From: Macrostomum lignano
Taxonomy: Eukaryota
DNA length: 64,000 bases
Assembly: GCA_002269645.1 (NCBI GenBank)
Contig: NIVC01000032.1
Coordinates: 124,001-188,000, forward strand
Reading direction: 5' to 3'
Shown here: positions 32,101 through 47,100 of the stretch, piece after piece
Position numbering within the stretch: the first letter of the stretch is position 1
Layout of the letters: each line of letters starts with the position of its first letter
Made by a program: the position numbers and the translations under genes
Notes under the pieces: model-generated
Database searches by the model: none
Told to the model about the DNA's origin: nothing
What the model saw: only the letters and a program-made list of their open reading frames with translations

Positions 32101-35100
32101 TGGGGAGATGCTTGCTATCTGGGGAGATGCTTGCTATCTGGGTGGATGCTTGGATTGCTTGCTATCTGGGGATGCTTGCTATCTGGGGATGCTTGCTATC
32201 TGGGGAGATGCTTGCTATCTGGGGAGATGCTTGCTATCTGGGGAGATGCTTGCTATCTGGGGAGATGCTTGCTATCTGGGGATGCTTGCTATCTGGGTGG
32301 ATGCTTGCTATCTGGGGAGATGCTTGCTATCTGGGTGGATGCTTGCTATCTGGGGGGATGCTTGCTATCTGGGGAGATGCTTGCTATCTGGGGGATGCTT
32401 GCTATCTGGGGATGCTTGCTATCTGGGTGGATGCTTGCTATCTGGGGAGATGCTTGCTATCTGGGTGGATGCTTGGATTGCTTGCTATCTGGGGGATGCT
32501 TGCTATCTGGGGAGATGCTTGCTATCTGGGTGGATGCTTGCTATCTGGGGAGATGCTTGGATTGCTTGCTATCTGGGGAGATGCTTGGATTGCTTGCTAT
32601 CTGGGGAGATGCTTGCTATCTGGGGATGCTTGCTATCTGGGTGGATGCTTGGATTGCTTGCTATCTGGGGATGCTTGCTATCTGGGGATGCTTGCTATCT
32701 GGGGATGCTTGCTATCTGGGGATGCTTGCTATCTGGGGATGCTTGCTATCTGGGGATGCTTGCTATCTGGGGATGCTTGCTATCTGGGTGGATGCTTGGA
32801 TGCTTGCTATCTGGGGATGCTTGCTATCTGGGTGGATGCTTGGATTGCTTGCTATCTGGGGATGCTTGCTATCTGGGGATGCTTGCTATCTGGGGAGATG
32901 CTTGCTATCTGGGGGATGCTTGCTATCTGGGAGATGCTTGCTATCTGGGGATGCTTGCTATCTGGGGATGCTTGCTATCTGGGGAGATGCTTGCTATCTG
33001 GGGGATGCTTGCTATCTGGGGGATGCTTGCTATCTGGGGGATGCTTGCTATCTGGGAGATGCTTGCTATCTGGGGATGCTTGCTATCTGGGGAGATGCTT
33101 GCTATCTGGGGATGCTTGCTATCTGGGGGATGCTTGCTATCTGGGGATGCTTGCTATCTGGGGATGCTTGCTATCTGGGGAGATGCTTGCTATCTGGGGG
33201 ATGCTTGCTATCTGGGGATGCTTGCTATCTGGGGATGCTTGCTATCTGGGGGATGCTTGCTATCTGGGGATGCTTGCTATCTGGGTGGATGCTTGCTATC
33301 TGGGGAGATGCTTGCTATCTGGGTGGATGCTTGGATGCTTGCTATCTGGGGATGCTTGCTATCTGGGGAGATGCTTGCTATCTGGGGATGCTTGCTATCT
33401 GGGGAGATGCTTGGATTGCTTGCTATCTGGGGAGATGCTTGGATTGCTTGCTATCTGGGGAGATGCTTGCTATCTGGGGATGCTTGCTATCTGGGTGGAT
33501 GCTTGGATTGCTTGCTATCTGGGGATGCTTGCTATCTGGGGAGATGCTTGCTATCTGGGGATGCTTGCTATCTGGGGAGATGCTTGCTATCTGGGGATGC
33601 TTGCTATCTGGGGGATGCTTGCTATCTGGGGATGCTTGCTATCTGGGGATGCTTGCTATCTGGGGGATGCTTGCTATCTGGGGGATGCTTGCTATCTGGG
33701 GGATGCTTGCTATCTGGGGAGATGCTTGCTATCTGGGTGGATGCTTGCTATCTGGGGAGATGCTTGCTATCTGGGGGATGCTTGCTATCTGGGGAGATGC
33801 TTGCTATCTGGGGATGCTTGGATGCTTGCTATCTGGGGGATGCTTGCTATCTGGGGAGATGCTTGCTATCTGGGGATGCTTGCTATCTGGGGGGATGCTT
33901 GCTATCTGGGGAGATGCTTGCTATCTGGGTGGATGCTTGCTATCTGGGGAGATGCTTGCTATCTGGGTGGATGCTTGCTATCTGGGGATGCTTGCTATCT
34001 GGGGGATGCTTGCTATCTGGGGGATGCTTGCTATCTGGGGGATGCTTGCTATCTGGGAGATGCTTGCTATCTGGGGGATGCTTGCTATCTGGGGAGATGC
34101 TTGCTATCTGGGGATGCTTGCTATCTGGGGATGCTTGCTATCTGGGGGATGCTTGCTATCTGGGGGATGCTTGCTATCTGGGGATGCTTGCTATCTGGGG
34201 ATGCTTGCTATCTGGGGAGATGCTTGCTATCTGGGGATGCTTGCTATCTGGGGATGCTTGCTATCTGGGGATGCTTGCTATCTGGGGATGCTTGCTATCT
34301 GGGGAGATGCTTGCTATCTGGGGGATGCTTGCTATCTGGGGGATGCTTGCTATCTGGGGGATGCTTGCTATCTGGGGGATGCTTGCTATCTGGGGAGATG
34401 CTTGCTATCTGGGTGGATGCTTGCTATCTGGGGAGATGCTTGCTATCTGGGGGATGCTTGCTATCTGGGGAGATGCTTGCTATCTGGGTGGATGCTTGGA
34501 TTGCTTGCTATCTGGGGGATGCTTGCTATCTGGGGAGATGCTTGCTATCTGGGGATGCTTGCTCTGGGGAGATGCTTGGATTGCTTGCTATCTGGGGAGA
34601 TGCTTGGATTGCTTGCTATCTGGGGAGATGCTTGCTATCTGGGGATGCTTGCTATCTGGGTGGATGCTTGGATTGCTTGCTATCTGGGGGATGCTTGCTA
34701 TCTGGGGAGATGCTTGCTATCTGGGGATGCTTGCTATCTGGGGAGATGCTTGCTATCTGGGGATGCTTGCTATCTGGGGAGATGCTTGCTATCTGGGGAT
34801 GCTTGCTATCTGGGGGATGCTTGCTATCTGGGGGATGCTTGCTATCTGGGGGATGCTTGCTATCTGGGGGATGCTTGCTATCTGGGGAGATGCTTGCTAT
34901 CTGGGGGATGCTTGCTATCTGGGGAGATGCTTGCTATCTGGGTGGATGCTTGCTATCTGGGGAGATGCTTGCTATCTGGGTGGATGCTTGGATTGCTTGC
35001 TATCTGGGGGATGCTTGCTATCTGGGGAGATGCTTGCTATCTGGGGATGCTTGCTCTCTGGGGAGATGCTTGGATTGCTTGCTATCTGGGGAGATGCTTG

Positions 35101-38100
35101 GATTGCTTGCTATCTGGGGAGATGCTTGCTATCTGGGGATGCTTGCTATCTGGGTGGATGCTTGGATTGCTTGCTATCTGGGGATGCTTGCTATCTGGGG
35201 ATGCTTGCTATCTGGGGATGCTTGCTATCTGGGGATGCTTGCTATCTGGGGATGCTTGCTATCTGGGGGATGCTTGGATTGCTTGCTATCTGGGGATGCT
35301 TGCTATCTGGGGATGCTTGCTATCTGGGGAGATGCTTGCTATCTGGGGAGATGCTTGCTATCTGGGTGGATGCTTGGATTGCTTGCTATCTGGGGATGCT
35401 TGCTATCTGGGGATGCTTGCTATCTGGGGAGATGCTTGCTATCTGGGGAGATGCTTGCTATCTGGGGAGATGCTTGCTATCTGGGGAGATGCTTGCTATC
35501 TGGGGATGCTTGCTATCTGGGGGATGCTTGCTATCTGGGGAGATGCTTGCTATCTGGGGGATGCTTGCTATCTGGGGGATGCTTGCTATCTGGGGGGATG
35601 CTTGCTATCTGGGGGATGCTTGCTATCTGGGGAGATGCTTGCTATCTGGGTGGATGCTTGCTATCTGGGGAGATGCTTGCTATCTGGGTGGATGCTTGGA
35701 TTGCTTGCTATCTGGGGGGATGCTTGCTATCTGGGGAGATGCTTGCTATCTGGGGATGCTTGCTCTCTGGGAGATGCTTGGATTGCTTGCTATCTGGGGA
35801 GATGCTTGGATTGCTTGCTATCTGGGGAGATGCTTGCTATCTGGGGATGCTTGCTATCTGGGTGGATGCTTGGATTGCTTGCTATCTGGGGATGCTTGCT
35901 ATCTGGGGATGCTTGCTATCTGGGGATGCTTGCTATCTGGGGATGCTTGCTATCTGGGGATGCTTGCTATCTGGGGATGCTTGCTATCTGGGGATGCTTG
36001 CTATCTGGGTGGATGCTTGGATTGCTTGCTATCTGGGGATGCTTGCTATCTGGGTGGATGCTTGGATTGCTTGCTATCTGGGGATGCTTGCTATCTGGGG
36101 ATGCTTGCTATCTGGGGAGATGCTTGCTATCTGGGGGATGCTTGCTATCTGGGGATGCTTGCTATCTGGGTGGATGCTTGCTATCTGGGGAGATGCTTGC
36201 TATCTGGGGAGATGCTTGCTATCTGGGGATGCTTGCTATCTGGGGGATGCTTGCTATCTGGGGGATGCTTGCTATCTGGGAGATGCTTGCTATCTGGGGA
36301 TGCTTGCTATCTGGGGAGATGCTTGCTATCTGGGGATGCTTGCTATCTGGGGGATGCTTGCTATCTGGGGATGCTTGCTATCTGGGGATGCTTGCTATCT
36401 GGGGAGATGCTTGCTATCTGGGGGATGCTTGCTATCTGGGGGATGCTTGCTATCTGGGGGGATGCTTGCTATCTGGGGGGATGCTTGCTATCTGGGGAGA
36501 TGCTTGCTATCTGGGTGGATGCTTGCTATCTGGGGAGATGCTTGCTATCTGGGTGGATGCTTGGATTGCTTGCTATCTGGGGGATGCTTGCTATCTGGGG
36601 AGATGCTTGCTATCTGGGGATGCTTGCTATCTGGGGAGATGCTTGGATTGCTTGCTATCTGGGGAGATGCTTGGATTGCTTGCTATCTGGGGAGATGCTT
36701 GCTATCTGGGGATGCTTGCTATCTGGGTGGATGCTTGGATTGCTTGCTATCTGGGGGGATGCTTGCTATCTGGGGAGATGCTTGCTATCTGGGGATGCTT
36801 GCTATCTGGGGAGATGCTTGCTATCTGGGGATGCTTGCTATCTGGGGAGATGCTTGCTATCTGGGGATGCTTGCTATCTGGGGGATGCTTGCTATCTGGG
36901 GGATGCTTGCTATCTGGGGGATGCTTGCTATCTGGGGGATGCTTGCTATCTGGGGAGATGCTTGCTATCTGGGGGATGCTTGCTATCTGGGGAGATGCTT
37001 GCTATCTGGGTGGATGCTTGCTATCTGGGGAGATGCTTGCTATCTGGGTGGATGCTTGGATTGCTTGCTATCTGGGGGGATGCTTGCTATCTGGGGAGAT
37101 GCTTGCTATCTGGGGAGATGCTTGCTATCTGGGTGGATGCTTGCTATCTGGGGAGATGCTTGCTATCTGGGTGGATGCTTGGATTGCTTGCTATCTGGGG
37201 GATGCTTGCTATCTGGGGAGATGCTTGCTATCTGGGGATGCTTGCTATCTGGGGAGATGCTTGGATTGCTTGCTATCTGGGGAGATGCTTGGATTGCTTG
37301 CTATCTGGGGAGATGCTTGCTATCTGGGGATGCTTGCTATCTGGGTGGATGCTTGGATTGCTTGCTATCTGGGGATGCTTGCTATCTGGGGATGCTTGCT
37401 ATCTGGGGATGCTTGCTATCTGGGGATGCTTGCTATCTGGGGATGCTTGCTATCTGGGTGATGCTGGATGCTTGCTATCTGGATGCTTGCTATCTGGGGA
37501 TGCTTGCTATCTGGGGAGATGCTTGCTATCTGGGGATGCTTGCTATCTGGGGATGCTTGCTATCTGGGGAGATGCTTGCTATCTGGGGATGCTTGCTATC
37601 TGGGGAGATGCTTGCTATCTGGGGATGCTTGCTATCTGGGGATGCTTGCTATCTGGGGAGATGCTTGCTATCTGGGGAGATGCTTGCTATCTGGGTGGAT
37701 GCTTGCTATCTGGGGAGATGCTTGCTATCTGGGTGGATGCTTGCTATCTGGGGAGATGCTTGCTATCTGGGGGATGCTTGCTATCTGGGGGATGCTTGCT
37801 ATCTGGGGAGATGCTTGCTATCTGGGGATGCTTGCTATCTGGGGAGATGCTTGCTATCTGGGGAGATGCTTGCTATCTGGGGGATGCTTGCTATCTGGGG
37901 ATGCTTGCTATCTGGGGATGCTTGCTATCTCGGGAGATGCTTGCTATCTGGGGATGCTTGCTATCTGGGGAGATGCTTGCTATCTGGGGATGCTTGCTAT
38001 CTGGGGGATGCTTGCTATCTGGGAGATGCTTGCTATCTGGGGATGCTTGCTATCTGGGGAGATGCTTGCTATCTGGGGATGCTTGCTATCTGGGGGATGC

Positions 38101-41100
38101 TTGCTATCTGGGGGATGCTTGCTATCTGGGGATGCTTGCTATCTGGGGAGATGCTTGCTATCTGGGGGATGCTTGCTATCTGGGGAGATGCTTGCTATCT
38201 GGGGATGCTTGCTATCTGGGGAGATGCTTGCTATCTGGGTGGATGCTTGGATTGCTTGCTATCTGGGGGGATGCTTGCTATCTGGGGAGATGCTTGCTAT
38301 CTGGGGATGCTTGCTATCTGGGTAGATGCTTGGATTGCTTGCTATCTGGGGAATGCTTGGATGCTTGCTATCTGGGGAGATGCTTGCTATCTGGGGATGC
38401 TTGCTATCTGGGTGGATGCTTGGATTGCTTGCTATCTGGGGGATGCTTGCTATCTGGGGAGATGCTTGCTATCTGGGGATGCTTGCTATCTGGGGAGATG
38501 CTTGCTATCTGGGGATGCTTGCTATCTGGGGAGATGCTTGCTATCTGGGGATGCTTGCTATCTGGGGGATGCTTGCTATCTGGGGGATGCTTGCTATCTG
38601 GGGGATGCTTGCTATCTGGGGGATGCTTGCTATCTGGGGAGATGCTTGCTATCTGGGGGATGCTTGCTATCTGGGGAGATGCTTGCTATCTGGGTGGATG
38701 CTTGCTATCTGGGGAGATGCTTGCTATCTGGGATGCTTGGATTGCTTGCTATCTGGGGGGATGCTTGCTATCTGGGGAGATGCTTGCTATCTGGGGATGC
38801 TTGCTCTCTGGGGAGATGCTTGGATTGCTTGCTATCTGGGGGGATGCTTGCTATCTGGGGAGATGCTTGCTATCTGGGGATGCTTGCTATCTGGGTGGAT
38901 GCTTGGATTGCTTGCTATCTGGGGATGCTTGCTATCTGGGGATGCTTGCTATCTGGGGATGCTTGCTATCTGGGGATGCTTGCTATCTGGGGATGCTTGC
39001 TATCTGGGTGGATGCTTGGATTGCTTGCTATCTGGGGATGCTTGCTATCTGGGGATGCTTGCTATCTGGGGAGATGCTTGCTATCTGGGGAGATGCTTGC
39101 TATCTGGGTGGATGCTTGGATTGCTTGCTATCTGGGGATGCTTGCTATCTGGGGATGCTTGCTATCTGGGGAGATGCTTGCTATCTGGGGAGATGCTTGC
39201 TATCTGGGGAGATGCTTGCTATCTGGGGAGATGCTTGCTATCTGGGGATGCTTGCTATCTGGGTGGATGCTTGCTATCTGGGGAGATGCTTGCTATCTGG
39301 GGGATGCTTGCTATCTGGGGGATGCTTGCTATCTGGGGAGATGCTTGCTATCTGGGGGATGCTTGCTATCTGGGGAGATGCTTGCTATCTGGGTGGATGC
39401 TTGCTATCTGGGGAGATGCTTGCTATCTGGGGATGCTTGGATTGCTTGCTATCTGGGGGATGCTTGCTATCTGGGGAGATGCTTGCTATCTGGGGATGCT
39501 TGCTATCTGGGGAGATGCTTGGATTGCTTGCTATCTGGGGATGCTTGGATGCTTGCTATCTGGGGAGATGCTTGCTATCTGGGGATGCTTGCTATCTGGG
39601 GGATGCTTGGATTGCTTGCTATCTGGGGATGCTTGCTATCTGGGGATGCTTGCTATCTGGGGATGCTTGCTATCTGGGGATGCTTGCTATCTGGGGATGC
39701 TTGCTATCTGGGGATGCTTGCTATCTGGGGATGCTTGCTATCTGGGGGATGCTTGGATTGCTTGCTATCTGGGGATGCTTGCTATCTGGGGATGCTTGGA
39801 TTGCTTGCTATCTGGGGATGCTTGCTATCTGGGGATGCTTGCTATCTGGGGAGATGCTTGCTATCTGGGGGATGCTTGCTATCTGGGAGATGCTTGCTAT
39901 CTGGGGGATGCTTGCTATCTGGGGGATGCTTGCTATCTGGGGAGATGCTTGCTATCTGGGGATGCTTGCTATCTGGGGGATGCTTGCTATCTGGGGGATG
40001 CTTGCTATCTGGGAGATGCTTGCTATCTGGGGATGCTTGCTATCTGGGGAGATGCTTGCTATCTGGGAGATGCTTGCTATCTGGGGGATGCTTGCTATCT
40101 GGGAGATGCTTGCTATCTGGGGATGCTTGCTATCTGGGGAGATGCTTGCTATCTGGGGATGCTTGCTATCTGGGGAGATGCTTGCTATCTGGGGGATGCT
40201 TGCTATCTGGGGAGATGCTTGCTATCTGGGTGGATGCTTGGATTGCTTGCTATCTGGGGGATGCTTGCTATCTGGGGAGATGCTTGCTATCTGGGGATGC
40301 TTGCTATCTGGGGAGATGCTTGGATTGCTTGCTATCTGGGGAGATGCTTGGATTGCTTGCTATCTGGGGAGATGCTTGCTATCTGGGGATGCTTGCTATC
40401 TGGGTGGATGCTTGGATTGCTTGCTATCTGGGGGATGCTTGCTATCTGGGGAGATGCTTGCTATCTGGGGATGCTTGCTATCTGGGGAGATGCTTGCTAT
40501 CTGGGGATGCTTGCTATCTGGGGAGATGCTTGCTATCTGGGGATGCTTGCTATCTGGGGGATGCTTGCTATCTGGGGGATGCTTGCTATCTGGGGGATGC
40601 TTGCTATCTGGGGGATGCTTGCTATCTGGGGAGATGCTTGCTATCTGGGTGGATGCTTGCTATCTGGGGAGATGCTTGCTATCTGGGTGGATGCTTGCTA
40701 TCTGGGGAGATGCTTGCTATCTGGGTGGATGCTTGGATTGCTTGCTATCTGGGGGATGCTTGCTATCTGGGAGATGCTTGCTATCTGGGGATGCTTGCTC
40801 TCTGGGGAGATGCTTGGATTGCTTGCTATCTGGGGATGCTTGGATTGCTTGCTATCTGGGGAGATGCTTGCTATCTGGGGATGCTTGCTATCTGGGTGGA
40901 TGCTTGGATTGCTTGCTATCTGGGGATGCTTGCTATCTGGGGATGCTTGCTATCTGGGGATGCTTGCTATCTGGGGATGCTTGCTATCTGGGGATGCTTG
41001 CTATCTGGGTGGATGCTTGGATTGCTTGCTATCTGGGGATGCTTGCTATCTGGGGATGCTTGCTATCTGGGGAGATGCTTGCTATCTGGGGAGATGCTTG

Positions 41101-44100
41101 CTATCTGGGTGGATGCTTGGATGCTTGCTATCTGGGGATGCTTGCTATCTGGGATGCTTGCTATCTGGGGAGATGCTTGCTATCTGGGGAGATGCTTGCT
41201 ATCTGGGGATGCTTGCTATCTGGGGATGCTTGCTATCTGGGGAGATGCTTGCTATCTGGGGGATGCTTGCTATCTGGGGGATGCTTGCTATCTGGGGAGA
41301 TGCTTGCTATCTGGGGGGATGCTTGCTATCTGGGGAGATGCTTGCTATCTGGGTGGATGCTTGCTATCTGGGGAGATGCTTGCTATCTGGGTGGATGCTT
41401 GGATTGCTTGCTATCTGGGGGATGCTTGCTATCTGGGGAGATGCTTGCTATCTGGGGATGCTTGCTCTCTGGGGAGATGCTTGGATTGCTTGCTATCTGG
41501 GGAGATGCTTGGATTGCTTGCTATCTGGGGAGATGCTTGCTATCTGGGGATGCTTGCTATCTGGGTGGATGCTTGGATTGCTTGCTATCTGGGGATGCTT
41601 GCTATCTGGGGATGCTTGCTATCTGGGGATGCTTGCTATCTGGGGATGCTTGCTATCTGGGGATGCTTGCTATCTGGGGATGCTTGCTATCTGGGGATGC
41701 TTGCTATCTGGGTGGATGCTTGGATTGCTTGCTATCTGGGGATGCTTGCTATCTGGGTGGATGCTTGGATTGCTTGCTATCTGGGGATGCTTGCTATCTG
41801 GGGATGCTTGCTATCTGGGGAGATGCTTGCTATCTGGGGAGATGCTTGCTATCTGGGTGGATGCTTGGATTGCTTGCTATCTGGGGATGCTTGCTATCTG
41901 GGGATGCTTGCTATCTGGGGAGATGCTTGCTATCTGGGGAGATGCTTGCTATCTGGGGAGATGCTTGCTATCTGGGGAGATGCTTGCTATCTGGGGATGC
42001 TTGCTATCTGGGGGATGCTTGCTATCTGGGGAGATGCTTGCTATCTGGGTGGATGCTTGCTATCTGGGGGATGCTTGCTATCTGGGGGATGCTTGCTATC
42101 TGGGGGATGCTTGGATTGCTTGCTATCTGGGGGATGCTTGCTATCTGGGGAGATGCTTGCTATCTGGGGATGCTTGCTATCTGGGGAGATGCTTGCTATC
42201 TGGGGATGCTTGCTATCTGGGTGGATGCTTGCTATCTGGGGATGCTTGCTATCTGGGGGATGCTTGCTATCTGGGGGATGCTTGCTATCTGGGGGATGCT
42301 TGCTATCTGGGAGATGCTTGCTATCTGGGGATGCTTGCTATCTGGGGAGATGCTTGCTATCTGGGGAGATGCTTGCTATCTGGGGGATGCTTGCTATCTG
42401 GGGGATGCTTGCTATCTGGGGGATGCTTGCTATCTGGGAGATGCTTGCTATCTGGGGATGCTTGCTATCTGGGAGATGCTTGCTATCTGGGGATGCTTGC
42501 TATCTGGGGAGATGCTTGCTATCTGGGGATGCTTGCTATCTGGGGGATGCTTGCTATCTGGGGAGATGCTTGCTATCTGGGGATGCTTGCTATCTGGGGG
42601 ATGCTTGCTATCTGGGGAGATGCTTGCTATCTGGGGGATGCTTGCTATCTGGGGATGCTTGCTATCTGGGGGATGCTTGCTATCTGGGAGATGCTTGCTA
42701 TCTGGGGATGCTTGCTATCTGGGGAGATGCTTGCTATCTGGGGATGCTTGCTATCTGGGGATGCTTGCTATCTGGGGAGATGCTTGCTATCTGGGGGATG
42801 CTTGCTATCTGGGGATGCTTGCTATCTGGGGAGATGCTTGCTATCTGGGGGATGCTTGCTATCTGGGGATGCTTGCTATCTGGGGATGCTTGCTATCTGG
42901 GGGATGCTTGCTATCTGGGGATGCTTGCTATCTGGGGGATGCTTGCTATCTGGGGGATGCTTGCTATCTGGGGGATGCTTGCTATCTGGGGATGCTTGCT
43001 ATCTGGGGATGCTTGCTATCTGGGGGATGCTTGCTATCTGGGAGATGCTTGCTATCTGGGGATGCTTGCTATCTGGGTGGATGCTTGCTATCTGGGGATG
43101 CTTGCTATCTGGGGGATGCTTGCTATCTGGGGGGATGCTTGCTATCTGGGGAGATGCTTGGATTGCTTGCTATCTGGGGAGATGCTTGGATTGCTTGCTA
43201 TCTGGGGAGATGCTTGCTATCTGGGATGCTTGCTATCTGGGTGGATGCTTGGATTGCTTGCTATCTGGGGGGATGCTTGCTATCTGGGGAGATGCTTGCT
43301 ATCTGGGGATGCTTGCTATCTGGGGAGATGCTTGCTATCTGGGGATGCTTGCTATCTGGGGAGATGCTTGCTATCTGGGGATGCTTGCTATCTGGGGGAT
43401 GCTTGCTATCTGGGGGATGCTTGCTATCTGGGGGATGCTTGCTATCTGGGGGATGCTTGCTATCTGGGGAGATGCTTGCTATCTGGGTGGATGCTTGCTA
43501 TCTGGGGAGATGCTTGCTATCTGGGGATGCTTGCTATCTGGGGAGATGCTTGCTATCTGGGTGGATGCTTGGATTGCTTGCTATCTGGGGGATGCTTGCT
43601 ATCTGGAGAGATGCTTGCTATCTGGGGATGCTTGCTCTCTGGGGAGATGCTTGGATTGCTTGCTATCTGGGGATGCTTGGATTGCTTGCTATCTGGGGAG
43701 ATGCTTGCTATCTGGGATGCTTGCTATCTGGGTGGATGCTTGGATTGCTTGCTATCTGGGGATGCTTGCTATCTGGGGATGCTTGCTATCTGGGGATGCT
43801 TGCTATCTGGGGATGCTTGCTATCTGGGGATGCTTGCTATCTGGGGGATGCTTGGATTGCTTGCTATCTGGGGATGCTTGCTATCTGGGGATGCTTGCTA
43901 TCTGGGGAGATGCTTGCTATCTGGGGAGATGCTTGCTATCTGGGTGGATGCTTGGATTGCTTGCTATCTGGGGATGCTTGCTATCTGGGGATGCTTGCTA
44001 TCTGGGGAGATGCTTGCTATCTGGGGAGATGCTTGCTATCTGGGGAGATGCTTGCTATCTGGGGAGATGCTTGCTATCTGGGGATGCTTGCTATCTGGGT

Positions 44101-47100
44101 GGATGCTTGCTATCTGGGATGCTTGCTATCTGGGTGGATGCTTGCTATCTGGGGATGCTTGCTATCTGGGGAGATGCTTGCTATCTGGGGATGCTTGCTA
44201 TCTGGGGAGATGCTTGCTATCTGGGTGGATGCTTGCTATCTGGGGAGATGCTTGCTATCTGGGTGGATGCTTGGATTGCTTGCTATCTGGGGGATGCTTG
44301 CTATCTGGGGAGATGCTTGCTATCTGGGGATGCTTGCTCTCTGGGGATGCTTGGATTGCTTGCTATCTGGGGATGCTTGGATGCTTGCTATCTGGGGAGA
44401 TGCTTGCTATCTGGGGATGCTTGCTATCTGGGTGGATGCTTGGATTGCTTGCTATCTGGGGATGCTTGCTATCTGGGGATGCTTGCTATCTGGGGATGCT
44501 TGCTATCTGGGGATGCTTGCTATCTGGGGATGCTTGCTATCTGGGGATGCTTGCTATCTGGGGATGCTTGCTATCTGGGTGGATGCTTGCTTGCTATCTG
44601 GGGATGCTTGCTATCTGGTGGATGCTTGGATTGCTTGCTATCTGGGATGCTTGCTATCTGGGGATGCTTGCTATCTGGGGAGATGCTTGCTATCTGGGGA
44701 GATGCTTGCTATCTGGGGGATGCTTGGATTGCTTGCTATCTGGGATGCTTGCTATCTGGGGATGCTTGCTATCTGGGGAGATGCTTGCTATCTGGGGATG
44801 CTTGCTATCTGGGGGGATGCTTGCTATCTGGGGAGATGCTTGCTATCTGGGGATGCTTGCTATCTGGGGATGCTTGCTATCTGGGGAGATGCTTGCTATC
44901 TGGGGATGCTTGCTATCTGGGGGATGCTTGCTATCTGGGGGATGCTTGCTATCTGGGGGATGCTTGGATTGCTTGCTATCTGGGGGATGCTTGCTATCTG
45001 GGGAGATGCTTGCTATCTGGGGATGCTTGCTATCTGGGGAGATGCTTGCTATCTGGGGATGCTTGCTATCTGGGTGGATGCTTGCTATCTGGGGAGATGC
45101 TTGCTATCTGGGTGGATGCTTGCTATCTGGGGGGATGCTTGCTATCTGGGGGGATGCTTGCTATCTCGGGAGATGCTTGCTATCTGGGGATGCTTGCTAT
45201 CTGGGGAGATGCTTGCTATCTGGGGAGATGCTTGCTATCTGGGGGATGCTTGCTATCTGGGGGATGCTTGCTATCTGGGGATGCTTGCTATCTCGGGAGA
45301 TGCTTGCTATCTGGGGATGCTTGCTATCTGGGGAGATGCTTGCTATCTGGGGGATGCTTGCTATCTGGGGATGCTTGCTATCTGGGGGATGCTTGCTATC
45401 TGGGGATGCTTGCTATCTGGGGAGATGCTTGCTATCTGGGGATGCTTGCTATCTGGGTGGATGCTTGCTATCTGGGGAGATGCTTGCTATCTGGGGGGAT
45501 GCTTGCTATCTGGGGATGCTTGCTATCTGGGGGGATGCTTGCTATCTCGGGAGATGCTTGCTATCTGGGGATGCTTGCTATCTGGGGAGATGCTTGCTAT
45601 CTGGGATGCTTGCTATCTGGGGATGCTTGCTATCTGGGAGATGCTTGCTATCTGGGGATGCTTGCTATCTGGGGGATGCTTGCTATCTGGGGATGCTTGC
45701 TATCTGGGTGGATGCTTGCCATCTGGGGATGCTTGCTATCTGGGTGGATGCTTGCTATCTGGGGATGCTTGCTATCTGGGTGATGCTTGCTATCTGGGGG
45801 ATGCTTGCTATCTGGGGGGATGCTTGCTATCTGGGGGATGCTTGCTATCTGGGGATGCTTGCTATCTGGGGATGCTTGCTATCTGGGGGGATGCTTGCTA
45901 TCTGGGAGATGCTTGCTATCTGGGGATGCTTGCTATCTGGGTGGATGCTTGGATTGCTTGCTATCTGGGATGCTTGCTATCTGGGGATGCTTGCTATCTG
46001 GGGATGCTTGCTATCTGGGGAGATGCTTGCTATCTGGGGAGATGCTTGCTATCTGGGGATGCTTGCTATCTGGGGATGCTTGCTATCTGGGTGGATGCTT
46101 GCTATCTGGGGAGATGCTTGCTATCTGGGGGATGCTTGCTATCTGGGGATGCTTGCTATCTGGGGAGATGCTTGCTATCTGGGTGGATGCTTGCTATCTG
46201 GGGAGATGCTTGCTATCTGGGGATGCTTGCTATCTGGGGATGCTTGCTATCTGGGTGGATGCTTGGATTGCTTGCTATCTGGGGGGATGCTTGCTATCTG
46301 GGGAGATGCTTGCTATCTGGGGATGCTTGCTATCTGGGGAGATGCTTGCTTGCTATCTGGGGAGATGCTTGGATTGCTATCTGGGAGATGCTTGCTATCT
46401 GGGGATGCTTGCTATCTGGGTGGATGCTTGCTTGCTATCTGGGGATGCTTGCTATCTGGGGGATGCTTGCTATCTGGGGATGCTTGCTATCTGGGGAGAT
46501 GCTTGCTATCTGGGGATGCTTGCTATCTGGGAGATGCTTGCTATCTGGGGAGATGCTTGCTATCTGGGGAGATGCTTGCTATCTGGGGATGCTTGCTATC
46601 TGGGGGATGCTTGCTATCTGGGGGATGCTTGCTATCTGGGGATGCTTGCTATCTGGGGATGGATGCTTGCTATCTGGGAGATGCTTGCTTGCTATCTGGG
46701 GAGATGCTTGCTATCTGGGGATGCTTGCTATCTGGGTGGAGCTTGGATTGCTTGCTATCTGGGGATGCTTGCTATCTGGGGATGCTTGCTATCTGGGGGA
46801 TGCTTGCTATCTGGGGATGCTTGCTATCTGGGGATGCTTGCTATCTGGGAGATGCTTGGATTGCTTGCTATCTGGGGAGATGCTTGCTATCTGGGGATGC
46901 TTGCTATCTGGGAGATGCTTGCTATCTGGGGATGCTTGCTATCTGGGGATGCTTGGATGCTTGCTATCTGGGGATGCTTGCTATCTGGGGATGCTTGCTA
47001 TCTGGGGATGCTTGCTATCTGGGATGATGCTTGCTATCTGGGGATGCTTGCTATCTGGGGATGCTTGCTATCTGGGGATGCTTGCTATCTGGGTGGATGC